Positions 25,669-37,300 are shown, counted from the stretch's first letter. The stretch: 64,000 nt of DNA from Planctomycetia bacterium (GCA_030527185.1 JAUNBF010000004.1:30347-94346), one strand, 5' to 3'. Made by a program: numbers and translations. Notes: a model not told the origin generated them from the sequence alone.

Positions 25669-28485
25669 CTAACCCAACTCAATATTATCCAAACCACCGG
25701 TGTCGAGATAATAACGTTCATCCGCCAGCGTCCGCCAGGTAAAGAAGACGTTTTCTCCCAATACCGCGTCCTGACCTGCCACGATTCCACTGACCGATTC
25801 CACTTCCAGCCCCTCTTCCTGATTTTCGATTGCCTTGTGACGCTTGATTTTGATGGAAACCTGCGTCCGACCAATCCGATCGCCAACGTCCATCTTGATA
25901 ACATAAATCGGCGTGGCCTGGGCTGTTTCCACATCGCTCATCTTGCGACCGATAATCACACGCTGGGAACTGGTCGTGAATTCCGTGATTTCTTCCCGCG
26001 AGCCTTCTTCCGCCGGAGAGAACAAAATCCGCTCCTTCCGAATGCCGCTCGTCGAGTCGCTCATCACGCCCCAGTAATACGTATTCTCTTCCGATTTTCC
26101 CGTCATTTCAAACTTGAACTGTGGCAACATTCCATGCGCTGCCATGAATCCAATCGCCGCACCGACCACCACCGGACTTTTCGGATCGATAATCACACCA
26201 GGAGACATCCCCTTTTCATCCTGATAGGGATACCAGTTTCCCGCGTAGTGGTGGAACATCGGAACAATCCGGGACGGCGAAAGCGGAAGGTACATCCGAA
26301 CCAACTTCTGGATATAACTCAATTTGGAAGGTTGCCCTGCCAGCAAAACGACATCGACTTCATATTCCATACAGCGTTTGCAGAAATCGAACAGCAACTC
26401 GTCGAAAACCTCGTGAACCACCCCCTCAAACTCTGCCTGATGGACATACAGTTCCATATCCTGTTGAAGATTGTAGTAGCCGGGACCACGAAGTTTGTCG
26501 AATGCCTGCTGAAGGGATTCCAGAACCGCCGGATCGATCAGTTCCGGGTCCATGTGATTGATCGGTTCCGTCGTGATTCCCTCCGTCGCCAGCGAAAGAT
26601 AGTGTTGCGTCAACGGAATCAAAAGACGGTTCATCCACATCACTCGCTGGTTCCGAAATTCCCGGTTGCGCGGAACTTCCGGCCCAAAAAGAAGAAGGAC
26701 GTCCTCTTCCTCCATGGCAATGGCATCCCCAAACGCTGGCACAATAATCCGTTCCAACAAACGTTTGGCCAGTTGGTCGCCTGCCAGGGCAATGCCGTCC
26801 TGATGGAGCACTTTGCCACGAACATAGTCGTCAATCTTCGACTCGAAATTGTACTTCGCAATCATCAGGTCGGACGTACCTCCGCCAATATCAATACAGG
26901 CAATGCGGACTTCGTGCTGTTTGTCGCCAAATTCCTCCACTTTATTGGCCGTCGAGCCGCGAACCGCTCCCATCCGACGGCGTGACGCGGGCGAACCCAA
27001 CATCGGAGCGGTATCCACTTTCGGCTCCTCCACTTCCGGCTTGCGACGTTCCTGGTGCAGTGACTCAAACCAAATTCGCGGGTCTTGCCCCAAAAGCCGC
27101 AATTCACTCCAGATGTACGTCAGGTGAACCGCACTCGCCTCGTCAATCGAAAGATTCAACAACGGTTTGACATGCTGGTATTTCCCCAGCGTCAGATTAA
27201 AAATCTCGATCGCCTTTTGGACTTGAGCCTGCAACCGTTCCCGCTCTTCAGGAATCATGCCGCTAGGATACGTCAATGTCAATGTGCGGATTTCCCGCGC
27301 ACGACCAGCATCTCCCGATTGCGTGCGGTACTGAATCGAATTCAGGTACGTGTAAGCCTGCGTCAGAAGTTCGTAAATCGCGGCTGTCATCAGGACTCGC
27401 GGAGCATGTCGCGGTTTCAACGGCATTTCCGGCGCAAAATCGGTCGGTTTCACGCCACTTTCCCGCAGCAGAAAATCGTTGTCGTCCTCATGAATGTATT
27501 TCAACAAAGCTCCGTGCAGCGTCGAACAATACGTCCGCGTTCCCGCGCGGTCATGGGGATCGGCCATGTGCCAGTTGGCGCCTTCCAACCAACTCGAATC
27601 GTCCGCCCACAAATAACGTTTCGGAGAACTAACCCCGGTACGAATATCGTCTGATGTGGCAATCACCTGCAACACATCGTCCGCTTCCTTACCCATACGG
27701 ACTTGCGACAAATCCTCAAACATCGGCGGACGAACCGTCACTTCCACTTTGTTCATCCGCGACTTGCTGCCGCTCCCCCAACTGCTGAACCAACCCTTTT
27801 TCTCGCCCCCCTCATCCACCTGATGATACTCAATTTTCTTCATCGGCATGGGAGAAAGGTACGGCGTGTTGCACCAGTGCGTCTTGGAGGAAAACCAGCG
27901 TGCCGACGGATTCCGAACCGGCTCACCATCGTCGTTCCACGAATCCAGATGATAACGATTCGTCAACTCAAACGGCAACATCTGGGGTGTCTGGGAAATC
28001 TCGCCCGCCACTTCCAGCAACAACGCTCCCGTTCGGCTGTTCCCAAAATCGACCACCATGTGAACATGCTTCGCGTCCCCTGCCGTGGCGGCTGCCGGGC
28101 GAATGCAAATTTCAATCTGCCCCACGCCACGCAAGGGTTGGCCGTTGAGGTCGTGGATATTCTCCAGAACCAACTGGAAATCCCCTGTCAGGGCGTTCGC
28201 GTCGCAAAAATAGCCGACTTCCGGGTCGCCGCACGTCGTGTCCACCGCCAAAAATAGTTTGGACGTCGTTCCCTGAATGATTTGCCATTGGATGAAGGGA
28301 TAGTCCATTCCCGTCGGGGTGGCTGGGGCATTTCCACGTTTCTTACCCCCCGTGTCCGCTTCTTCCGCCAGACCACAGTGACATCGCTGCCAACCATTAC
28401 CGACTTGATGAATATTATAACGTGCCCCTCCCTTCAAGGGAACACACACCACCTGAACTCCGGTATTTGCAAAAAGTACGTACAT
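25669..28485 (-). CDS. Hsp70/actin-fold (ASKHA) ATPase, large, SrfB-like by recollection
   Basis: 938 aa. Phosphate-1 motif VVDFGNSRTG (res ~144-153), connect motif SIDEASAVHLTY (res ~446-457), phosphate-2 motif IDIGGGTSDLMI (res ~531-542) and adenosine-like motif VLLAGQPSKLSYIQ. No Hsp70 substrate-binding domain is recognisable. Confidence 0.75.
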   Translation of the reverse strand: MYVLFANTGVQVVCVPLKGGARYNIHQVGNGWQRCHCGLAEEADTGGKKRGNAPATPTGMDYPFIQWQIIQGTTSKLFLAVDTTCGDPEVGYFCDANALTGDFQLVLENIHDLNGQPLRGVGQIEICIRPAAATAGDAKHVHMVVDFGNSRTGALLLEVAGEISQTPQMLPFELTNRYHLDSWNDDGEPVRNPSARWFSSKTHWCNTPYLSPMPMKKIEYHQVDEGGEKKGWFSSWGSGSKSRMNKVEVTVRPPMFEDLSQVRMGKEADDVLQVIATSDDIRTGVSSPKRYLWADDSSWLEGANWHMADPHDRAGTRTYCSTLHGALLKYIHEDDNDFLLRESGVKPTDFAPEMPLKPRHAPRVLMTAAIYELLTQAYTYLNSIQYRTQSGDAGRAREIRTLTLTYPSGMIPEERERLQAQVQKAIEIFNLTLGKYQHVKPLLNLSIDEASAVHLTYIWSELRLLGQDPRIWFESLHQERRKPEVEEPKVDTAPMLGSPASRRRMGAVRGSTANKVEEFGDKQHEVRIACIDIGGGTSDLMIAKYNFESKIDDYVRGKVLHQDGIALAGDQLAKRLLERIIVPAFGDAIAMEEEDVLLLFGPEVPRNREFRNQRVMWMNRLLIPLTQHYLSLATEGITTEPINHMDPELIDPAVLESLQQAFDKLRGPGYYNLQQDMELYVHQAEFEGVVHEVFDELLFDFCKRCMEYEVDVVLLAGQPSKLSYIQKLVRMYLPLSPSRIVPMFHHYAGNWYPYQDEKGMSPGVIIDPKSPVVVGAAIGFMAAHGMLPQFKFEMTGKSEENTYYWGVMSDSTSGIRKERILFSPAEEGSREEITEFTTSSQRVIIGRKMSDVETAQATPIYVIKMDVGDRIGRTQVSIKIKRHKAIENQEEGLEVESVSGIVAGQDAVLGENVFFTWRTLADERYYLDTGGLDNIELG

Positions 28486-28570
28486 CGTTTTTCTCTATAA
28501 AAAATAAGGTGTCTTGAAAATGTCGTGAATCGTTGAAAAACCATTACATTGTGTCCACGGCTCCCATCGG

Positions 28571-28596
28571 CAATTATCAATTATCAATTATCAATT
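28571..28596 (-). repeat. (TAATTGA)n heptamer repeat, three units, 7 nt after the stop of the P-loop gene
   Basis: The sense strand reads TAG CTTGTCA AATTGA TAATTGA TAATTGA TAATTG CCGATGG. Confidence 0.9.
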
Positions 28597-28603
28597 TGAC
28601 AAG

Positions 28604-31198
28604 CTAGTTCTTTTTCATCTGCGCCAAAATACTTTCAAATGGCTCCAGAATCCGAATCAAATCCTCGTTGCCCGGCGGAATCTGGATATGGTCGCCCGCT
28701 CCCAACGCCAGCGCTTCCGGCAAACGTTCACACCAGCGTTTCACAAACGAGGCTGTCAAACCGTAATTGCCATAATACTCCAACGGCTTTTCATGCGGCT
28801 CTTTCTCGTCATCTTCCACGTCCAACTGCGGCGGGGCAATCGCTTCCTGCGTCGGGCCGGGGTTCATGATGTAGTCTTCCATAATCATCTTCACGTATTT
28901 CCGACGCGCATATCGACGTGCCGCCTCATCCCGTGTCTTCAAATTGACCACCGGACTTAAATCATCTATCAGCGTGTCGATACAATGCTGACTCTGCAAG
29001 TAGTCCCGCAGATACCGCACAAACGTGTTCAAATCGTTCCCGTCCAGCCACGGCGCACCATCGTCATGGCCTTTGGTATAATCTTCCCAACGTTTCGGAA
29101 CCTGTTTGGTCGCCCATTCGTGCAGGAACGCCCGCAGATTCTTCGGCAACGGGTCGCCGTGACGTTTGCCCGTGTCCGCGCAGTCCGCCAACTGCCAGTT
29201 TTCCCCTTCAGGAACACTCAACGCTTCCTGGAGAGCATACACCCTGGCATACGCCGCTTCCGGGTCGTCCGTCAACCAGTTCACCACCCGTTCCGCCGCG
29301 CGTACCCGCTTTTCCCGATCCACGTTCGCGTCCGGGTCCACCACCCAATCCCGTGCCAGCAAAAGGAGGCGATCCAGAACCTGATTGATTTCCATCTCCA
29401 ACTGATTCTGCTTGTCCGTGGCCGTTGTCACCGCTCGAATCCCCGCGGAAATCAGCGAAAGTCCACCGTCGCCATCCGTCATGGCGGTACTCCAGCGTTG
29501 TGCCGGATTGACCATGAAATCCTGAACCATTTCAGATTCCATAAACGCCTTTCCCGCACGAACCCACTTTTCAGGATCATCCGCCTGACGCTGTTCCTCA
29601 TCCGTATCCCACGTTCCCGGATACCGGATCGGATAGGTGTTCGTAAACGCTTTGCCGCGACCACCAAAATCGGTCATCACCGGTCCCAGCGTATCGACCA
29701 ACTGCCGCAGTCGTTGCTGGTACAGACCTTTGTCCGCATATTCCTGACGATTCCGAAATTCCTCATCAATTCCCGTCATTCCAATGAACAACGCGGGCAT
29801 ATCATCCTGCACCTTCGACGGCCAATACTTCTCACCATAACGGGCACGACCCCATTTGTCAATATGGTACTTCATTTGCGAAGTCACTTCCAGGTTGCCG
29901 CCACGCGAAAGAAGAATCAACGTCTGGATCTGCAACTCGTCCGTAAATCGTTCAAACAGGTAAGCCACCTTACCACGTTTGACAATCTCCATCTGCTCTT
30001 CCAGTTTGTCCGCGTCCTGCCGTTTTCCCTGTTCCGCTCCCTGACGTCCGGCTCGCATTCCGGGAATGTCCAGAAAGTCCATCTGCTCGATCACTTTTCG
30101 CCAGTCATCGTTCAATCGGTGCGGCAAAACCGGCAAAACCAGTTCCAACATCGCCGCCTGAATCGTTTCCAGGTCTTCCTCACCATTCCCACTTCCCGGA
30201 ACGTACTCCAGAACGTACCAATCCTTGCGCTGCCGCAAATGGAAATCTGCCCAATCGACCCGCGTAAAACATTTGGAGGTCTTCCGCTCGTGTACCTTCG
30301 CACGCTGCGAATCCAGCAGGAAACGAACCCCCGCCCAGTGTACCAGAATCGCTGGCTCGTGCGACGCGGAAAGTTTTTCCAGAAATTTATTGATTCGGAC
30401 AAACAGACCATTCAACGTTGACCAACCACCCCAGAAAATCTGCCCAGCCGCGTGAATGTATCCCTCCTCCGAAAGCGGATAACGACTCAAAAGAGCGTTC
30501 AGAATCGCTTCTTTCGTCGGAAATCCGCGTCGATCCACCGTCCGCATGTACGAATACGCGTCGAGAATGTCCATCCGCCAGCGTCGATCCACGCTCGTGC
30601 CGGGATATTGCCGGGAAACGTCTTCCAACATCTTCTCCAAATGCGGCTCGTCCCACGGAAAGTCCATCCCACGGCATTCCACCTGAAATCCACGTGCCAG
30701 CACACGAATCCACTCCACTCGCGTCAGGGCCTTCACCATCACCGGATATTCCGGCGAAACGCTTTCCGCAATACGGTCTTTCGTGGTAAATCGCGTTACC
30801 AGTGCCGTGGCTTCATTGGAACCACTTTGCGGATTCAGGTCGTTGTTGAAAGACAAGTCCTTATAATATGCCGGTTCGCCATGAGCCTCGTCCCGACCCA
30901 GAGGGCTGAACTGCTCGCTCTGAGCACGCAAAACCTGGCCCATGAAAAGACTTTTTCCCACCTGTGACGGACCATAAACTGCCGCCGCGACAGGAACTTT
31001 TGACGAGGTATAAAGACTGCGTGCCAGACGCCTCAACTGGAGAACCTCAAATTCGTCGCTCTCCGCAATCGGTAATAAATCAAGTTTCCGACGGTCGCTG
31101 TTGTACTCCGCAAGCCAATCACAAATCTCTGTCGCCAGATTCTCCACACGTTCTGCCTGTCGAATGATCTGACGATCCCGTTCATCTGGAAATCCCAT
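28604..31198 (-). CDS. Large P-loop NTPase (GTPase-like), SrfC-like by recollection
   Basis: 864 aa. Walker A AVYGPSQVGKSLF (res 73-85, nt ~30953-30976). DxxG-type motif FLDIPGMRAG. The remainder is helical. No signal peptide or TM. Confidence 0.7.
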   Translation of the reverse strand: MGFPDERDRQIIRQAERVENLATEICDWLAEYNSDRRKLDLLPIAESDEFEVLQLRRLARSLYTSSKVPVAAAVYGPSQVGKSLFMGQVLRAQSEQFSPLGRDEAHGEPAYYKDLSFNNDLNPQSGSNEATALVTRFTTKDRIAESVSPEYPVMVKALTRVEWIRVLARGFQVECRGMDFPWDEPHLEKMLEDVSRQYPGTSVDRRWRMDILDAYSYMRTVDRRGFPTKEAILNALLSRYPLSEEGYIHAAGQIFWGGWSTLNGLFVRINKFLEKLSASHEPAILVHWAGVRFLLDSQRAKVHERKTSKCFTRVDWADFHLRQRKDWYVLEYVPGSGNGEEDLETIQAAMLELVLPVLPHRLNDDWRKVIEQMDFLDIPGMRAGRQGAEQGKRQDADKLEEQMEIVKRGKVAYLFERFTDELQIQTLILLSRGGNLEVTSQMKYHIDKWGRARYGEKYWPSKVQDDMPALFIGMTGIDEEFRNRQEYADKGLYQQRLRQLVDTLGPVMTDFGGRGKAFTNTYPIRYPGTWDTDEEQRQADDPEKWVRAGKAFMESEMVQDFMVNPAQRWSTAMTDGDGGLSLISAGIRAVTTATDKQNQLEMEINQVLDRLLLLARDWVVDPDANVDREKRVRAAERVVNWLTDDPEAAYARVYALQEALSVPEGENWQLADCADTGKRHGDPLPKNLRAFLHEWATKQVPKRWEDYTKGHDDGAPWLDGNDLNTFVRYLRDYLQSQHCIDTLIDDLSPVVNLKTRDEAARRYARRKYVKMIMEDYIMNPGPTQEAIAPPQLDVEDDEKEPHEKPLEYYGNYGLTASFVKRWCERLPEALALGAGDHIQIPPGNEDLIRILEPFESILAQMKKN

Positions 31199-31330
31199 AA
31201 TACTCTCTGCTTCGGTTGGTTAAAATAAAAAAGACTCGATTCCAAAAAGTTTACTCCAGGGGAAATTCTTCCCAAGAGAAGGAAATCCAGACGGTTAAAA
31301 ATTCAACCGCCTGAATTTTTGTTGCTTTTT

Positions 31331-34300
31331 TTAATCCACACGTTTAATCATTCCGCCTATTCTGAAATTATACGGATATTTCTGAATGTTGCTACCCCCC
31401 GCAGTCCGCGATTCGATAATCAGGGTATATTGATCGTTTCGCCCGCGATACGCAATGGCCGGGCTGGAAAGGAGTACATTCAGACCATCCGCCCCAGGGG
31501 TGCCTGCCACCCAGACTTCCGGGGGGGCCGTATTCGCCTCGTAAACGCGATATTCCAACGCCCCTTCGCCCTGGCTGGCCGAAACGGAAAGCGTGACCGT
31601 GAAGTCGTTGGCATTTTCGTTCAACTGACCATCCACACTCAGATAACGTTCCCCCGCCACCGCCACCGTAGCGTACAATTCCTGCCCGCCATACGCGGCG
31701 CGAATCTGGCTCTTGCCCAGCGAAACCGCCCGGAAGCGGGATGGATCGAGGCTGTCCTGCTGCAAAATCGTCTCATCCGTCGAACTTATCGTGGCGCTGA
31801 CCGGGAAACTCTGCCCTGTTTCGTCGCGTGCCGTGACCACAAACGACGGCGTCGTTTCGCCCACCCGCAGCGTAATATCCATCGGCGAAAGCGACAGTTG
31901 CAACGGCTTCGTCACCGTGACCGGAACATACGTTGTCAAATTGTCGTAAACTCCTTGCGGATCGATCGAACTGACTTGCAAACGTGCCGTTCCGGGAGCA
32001 TTGGCACGAATCGTGTTTCCTTCCACGCTGACCACTCCCGCGTTCTCCACCACACTCACACGATACGCCACATCCATCGGCATCATTCCCGACGACGGCA
32101 TCACTCGCACCGAATCAAACGTCATGGTATTTCCCACGCTCATTTCAAGCGCTCCGGGCAGAACTGCCAAAATGGCTCCTTCCGCAGCCACGTTCCCCAC
32201 CTGAACGAACAGCGGCAATGCCGTCCGGTCGCCCAGTTGAGCGCTGACACGTCCTGTCCCCTCCTTGCCGTTGGGAACGAGCCGATAAATCCCGTTTTCG
32301 CCCCGTTCCAGCGTGAAGAGCGACGAACTGCTGCTCAACTCCAGACCAGGATCCGCCGAAACATCCCGCCCCGGCCGCCCGTCCGAGTATTCCTCCAAAA
32401 TCTGGAGCGGAACCGCCCCCGACGTTTGGGAAAGACGCATCGACGCCGGATTGAACCGCAATCCTGTCACCGAGCCAATCGAGTAACCATCCGTCGTCAC
32501 GTAGTCCACCGCACGATCTCCGAAAACGTCGGTACTGGTAACGCCATGATAACCTCCGTCCAGAATCGTATCTCCCGTCCGGTACGTTACCGCCGCGTTG
32601 GGATCGACATATGCCGACTCCACCGAAACCGGAATCGCCGACACTTCGACCACCTCAATCGTCCCTTCCGAAACCAGACCCGCAAAACGTGCCACGACGT
32701 TCGTCTTACCCACCGTCTTGCCGAAAATCATATTTCCCTGAACGACCGCGATATTCGGGTCTGCCGTTGTAAGCTGCAACCCCGTTTCCGGCTGGAGAAC
32801 GTACAGCCGCCCGCCACGCAACGCCGTCACCTGATACGCCCGACCTTCGCCCACAGCCACCGTTGTGTGTACCGGATCAATCGCCAGATTCGTGTACGGA
32901 TTGTCGTCCACCTCCACGCTTACCGCACGTTGCAAACGATTTTCCCAGTCAATCTGCACCGTCGCTTTCCCTGCCGCAACCGCTTCGACGCTTTGGATAC
33001 CGTTCATCTTCGCCGCGTTGCCATCGACCGAAACTTTCAACTTCGGTTGGGCAAAGAGCGGACGCAGACCACTGTTGCTGCGACCCTGAATGAAGAGGTT
33101 GGAGCGATCTCCCGTCGACATCCGAATCGCCCCCGGTTCCACCACCAGTTCCGAAATCGGATGTTCATCGACCGTAATCGTCGCCTTGCCTGCCTTCCCT
33201 TTTCCGGTAATTTCAGGAATCATCACCGAAATCTCCACCGGGCCGCCCGGTTTCAATCCACACAATTGCAGCCCGCGAACTTCGCAGACCGTCGAATCAC
33301 CACTTCGGAAAACCGCACTGGCGGTGCGTTCCAGCCGCACCGTCCGGTCTTTCGATACCGCGTAAACCCGCAGTTCCGTCGCCTGACCTGCCGAAATCGT
33401 GCTGTTGGCAGGTTCGACAAGAATCTCCCCTTCCTCACGCAAAAGCGTCAACGTTTCCTGATCCACGCCGCCGACAATCACTCGCATCGTCGCTTTTTTG
33501 TCCGCCATCGTGAAAATCACGTCCGTCGCGCCCGGCGTTTTGCCTACCAGTGCGTGACGTGCCGCGTCGTACTCGCAAATGCCCGGCACAAGCGGCGTCA
33601 CTTTGCACTGCATACTGAAATCGACGTTCCCGCGAATCAACGCAAAATCTTTCCCGACCAGCTTGCTTTCGCCGACCATCATCTTGATCACATTGTCGGT
33701 GGGACCCAGTTTTTCGTCAATCGTCGCCACCACTTCCACGGCAGCAGGAGCACTCGTGATTCCCTGCAATTCCGCCGTGATTCCCGCTTTTCCCAGAGCC
33801 ACGGAAGTCGTCACCGGTCCCTGCGGCGCGGCCACTGCCGGATCACTCGATTTCCAGACGATATTTCCCATGGAGGTCAACACGCCGACCGATTTTTTCT
33901 CCTTGTAGCCATGCAACTGGAATGTCACCGTCTCACCCGGCAACATCCGAATATCTTTTTCCGGCACCAACCGCAATTCGTCGATATCGACCGTTTCCGT
34001 CACGTTGAGTGTCAAAGGCGGCTCCTCACTGTCCACCCCTTTGTACTCCGCGATAAACGTCACTTTCCCCGGCTTGGCCGCGACCAACTCACCGTTGGAG
34101 GGGCTGACAATCGATTTATCTCCGGCAATGGCGTGTAAATTCGCGTCCTTGGTGACAATCCGCACAAATCCGTCGGGGTACTCCGCCTCCACACGATAAT
34201 CGACGTATTTCGCCCCCACCGGCATGGAAACTTCCGTCCCGCTGTTACTGATAATCCGCACCGCTGACGGTTCTCCTTCCCGTGGAGCCGGTTTTTCACC

Positions 34301-37300
34301 TGGCACGAACGGATCCATCGTCTGCGTCCAAAAACGAACCATCCGATCTCCCACGTTGGCCTGAAGCCACTGAATATGCCCCGGTTTGAGCGCTTCGAGT
34401 ACCGGAGCCGTCCAAACGACCGATTCTCCTTCAAAATCAGGCATCCACCGGACATTCGGAGCCGGTTCCTCCACCTCCCCTTTCCGCATCCAGATCGAAT
34501 AGGCCTGTGACGCACCTGTCGGCAAAAGTTTTCCGCCCGGTTCCCGTTTCACAAAAAGCTCCACCTCCGGGTCGGCAGGATTCAGCGTGGGCGTCCCCAC
34601 CGTAATCCGACATTCCGCCGTTTTGCCGCGATATTGGGCACGAAGTGTGAAAACACCGCTCTCTTCCCCCGCCACTTCCGCCGATGGTCGCAAAAGCCCG
34701 GACGGAGCACGCCAGAAGAGCTTCTCCGGCACCTTCCACAAAACTTTTTCCGGCAAAACTTCCGTAAACGTTTCCGAACCCTCCAACTGCTCTTCCACCG
34801 CCAAAGAAATCGACTGTCCCGGTGCGAGCGTCACTTCCGAAGGTACGACGCGAAGTGTCTGTGGAGGATTCGTGGCCGTGACGGTCACACGTGCCTGAGC
34901 CGGATTTTTCAAATAAGGCAAAAACGAAGCGGATACATCAAACGGTTCGGAAGCCTGCTTCCCAAACAAAAGAGGACTCTGCCACTGCACCGCGTCCCGA
35001 TTTCCAAAGGAATAGTACACCCCCGGAGACTCCATCGCCACGCTCCACTCGCTCTCCTCCCCCTCCCCGGCATCGGGATTTCGACCTTCCAACATCAGTT
35101 CCAACGGAGCCACTTCCCCAACTGCCACCTGCACATCCGTCGGCTGCCAGTAAAGTCGGGCATTTCGTGGATGAACCACCCGTAAATCGACGCTGGCCGG
35201 ATTTTCCGAAGCAGGGTGTTCCGCAGTCAAGGTGGCTGTGCCTGCCGCGACCGCCTTGTAAGCTCCCCTATTTTCCCCCGCGACCGCCACCACTTCCGCG
35301 TTGCCAGAGGCATATTTTCCCACATTCGGCACCAGTTCCACATCCCCCTGAGCCGTTTTTCCCGTCAAAATCGCCATTCCCGGTTCGCCCGCCACACGCA
35401 GCGACCGATCCACCTCCAACGCCAACATCACCTCCGCTCGTTCCACCGTCGTCAACTCCGCGTGATTCGACTCCGTTCCCAGATAATTCCCCCAGATATT
35501 GACCGGCCCGGCCCCCACATCAAGTGCCATCGCCTTGCCATGGACAAAGTCGAAACCTTCCACTTCGTCGGGCAGGGGATTCGTGTTCCACTGCATTCGG
35601 GTGTACGGAACGAGCGTACTCACACCATCACCATACGTTGCCCAACCGTCAAACGTCTGGCACAGTCCCAACGGCAAAGCCACTTTCCCTCCCGGACGGA
35701 TTTCCAGCCGCATCGGCGCTGGAATCACCTGCACAGACGAGGCTTTTTTCTGTCCCTGGTACGAGAAAACAATCTGTTGCGGGTCGTCCTGTGTCGTCGG
35801 ATTCAGCCCACGAATTCCCATGCGGCGAAAGTCCATCCCGGCGTAACGAACGTTCGGCAACGACTCCGCTCGAACAGCACCGGTATCCAGTGCGTAAAAC
35901 CGCGACGCTCCACATCGGGCAAAAAATTCCGGGCAAATCTCATGATCCACCGCCACGGCTGCCACGGGAGGATACATCATCAGCCCATCCGCTTTCAATG
36001 CTGCCACCGTCACGGGAAGCGTGATTTCCTGCGTCCCATCCGTCACGGTAATTTCCGCCGACCCCGCCTTTTTTCCAATCAGATAACGATTCTTTTCCAC
36101 CCGCACCACATTCGGCTGGCTGCTGGTGACGCTCACCGCCGACTCGTCCCCGCAAATCCACGACAACGGGTATTTCTGATCCACCGCCAGCGTAATCTGA
36201 GCTTCTTTCCCCGCAGGATAGACACGCAATCGCGCGTCGGTTGCCTTCTGTTCAATTGTCAAAACCGTCTCTGCCGTCTGTATCACCGTGGCTGCCGGAG
36301 TGCCGTCGGTCAGTGCGACCTGCAATCGCCCCGTTCCACTCTGCAACGTTCGCAGATGATTCCCGCCGTAGCGTGCCATGGCAGGAGGGTCGATCCCCCA
36401 CTGCAAATGCGACGACCCGGTAAATTCGTACTTTTCCCCCTCCGCCGTCCTGCCGAAAACCTGGAGACCAACCTTTTTCCCCACAGGCAACGTCGCCGTT
36501 CCCAACGCAATTTCCAGCGACGTGATGGCTGCCGTGCCGACACTCACCGTGGCCGACGCGTCCATCCAGCTATCCTGCGGCGTGGCGCGGTAGCGGGCGG
36601 AAATCGTACTTTCCCCCGGCTGCAAACCTTCGACAAAACCTTGGTAAAAATAGACCGTTCCATCATTTTTGGCATTCCAGTCCGCCGCGTTCGACAACTC
36701 ACTGATCCGGCCATCCTCCCATTCCCCCATCAGCCGCACCTGAGCCGTGGAACCATCCGCCAGCGTCAAGTGTTCCGGTTCCAGCCAAATCCGTTGGGGA
36801 TTGACCGCCGCCGCAACCGTCACCGGGACGCTCTTCCGCCGCCAGCCGTGAAAAAAGTGAATCTTCGTCTCCCCTTCGCTGCACGCCAGGGCTGTTCGTG
36901 AATCTTCCTGAAAAAAAGCTATCGTCGGGTCTTCCACCGCCTGAAGCACACGGTCCGTCACATCTTCCGACAGGAAAAAGCCAAAACCGTCCCATCCCGG
37001 CGTGATGACACGGAACGTTGCCGTTGCCCCGACACTCGTTTTCCACGGCCCCGGAACCACTTTCAGCGTCAATTGATTCCACAGAACCCACCCCGCCAAA
37101 AACAACAGAAACAACACCGCCAGAATTCGGCGATTTCTTCGGCGAGCAGCCTCCCGTGCCTTCCGTTTGGCTGTCGGAACTTTCAGACAAATCGGACAAC
37201 GTGCTTTTGCTCCTGGCAGACGGACGTACAACTCGTTACATGCCTCATCGTCACAAATCAACGGCGTGCCGAACTCCTGATGAATCGGATGGTAGCCTGG

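Noticed and set aside
25635-28596. Heptamer repeat arrays as a CRISPR array or minisatellite-borne mobile element
   Set aside because: The units are 7 nt with no spacers, the arrays are 15-50 nt long, and no cas or transposase genes are present. They are too short and regular for CRISPR or MITEs.
25669-31198. Calling the two NTPase genes an srfABC virulence operon
   Set aside because: The resemblance to SrfB/SrfC rests on size, motifs and my memory only. The gene order is inverted relative to srfA-B-C, no SrfA-like gene is evident and the partners differ. Direct orthology or a virulence role cannot be claimed.
31319-34138. 939-aa plus-strand ORF, and similar long ORFs antisense to real genes: 35216-36901, 28985-30421, 25837-26985, 23030-24535, 22368-23384, 41212-42537, 48011-49132 and 57005-58144 on the plus strand, and 4213-5340, 7209-8309, 8697-9734, 17255-18388, 62701-63897 and 37910-38782 on the minus strand
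   Set aside because: Their translations are R/H/P/Q-rich low-complexity strings with no motifs, and they lack SD sequences. Each lies exactly opposite an ORF with clear family signatures. Such shadow ORFs are expected from the codon bias of the real genes.
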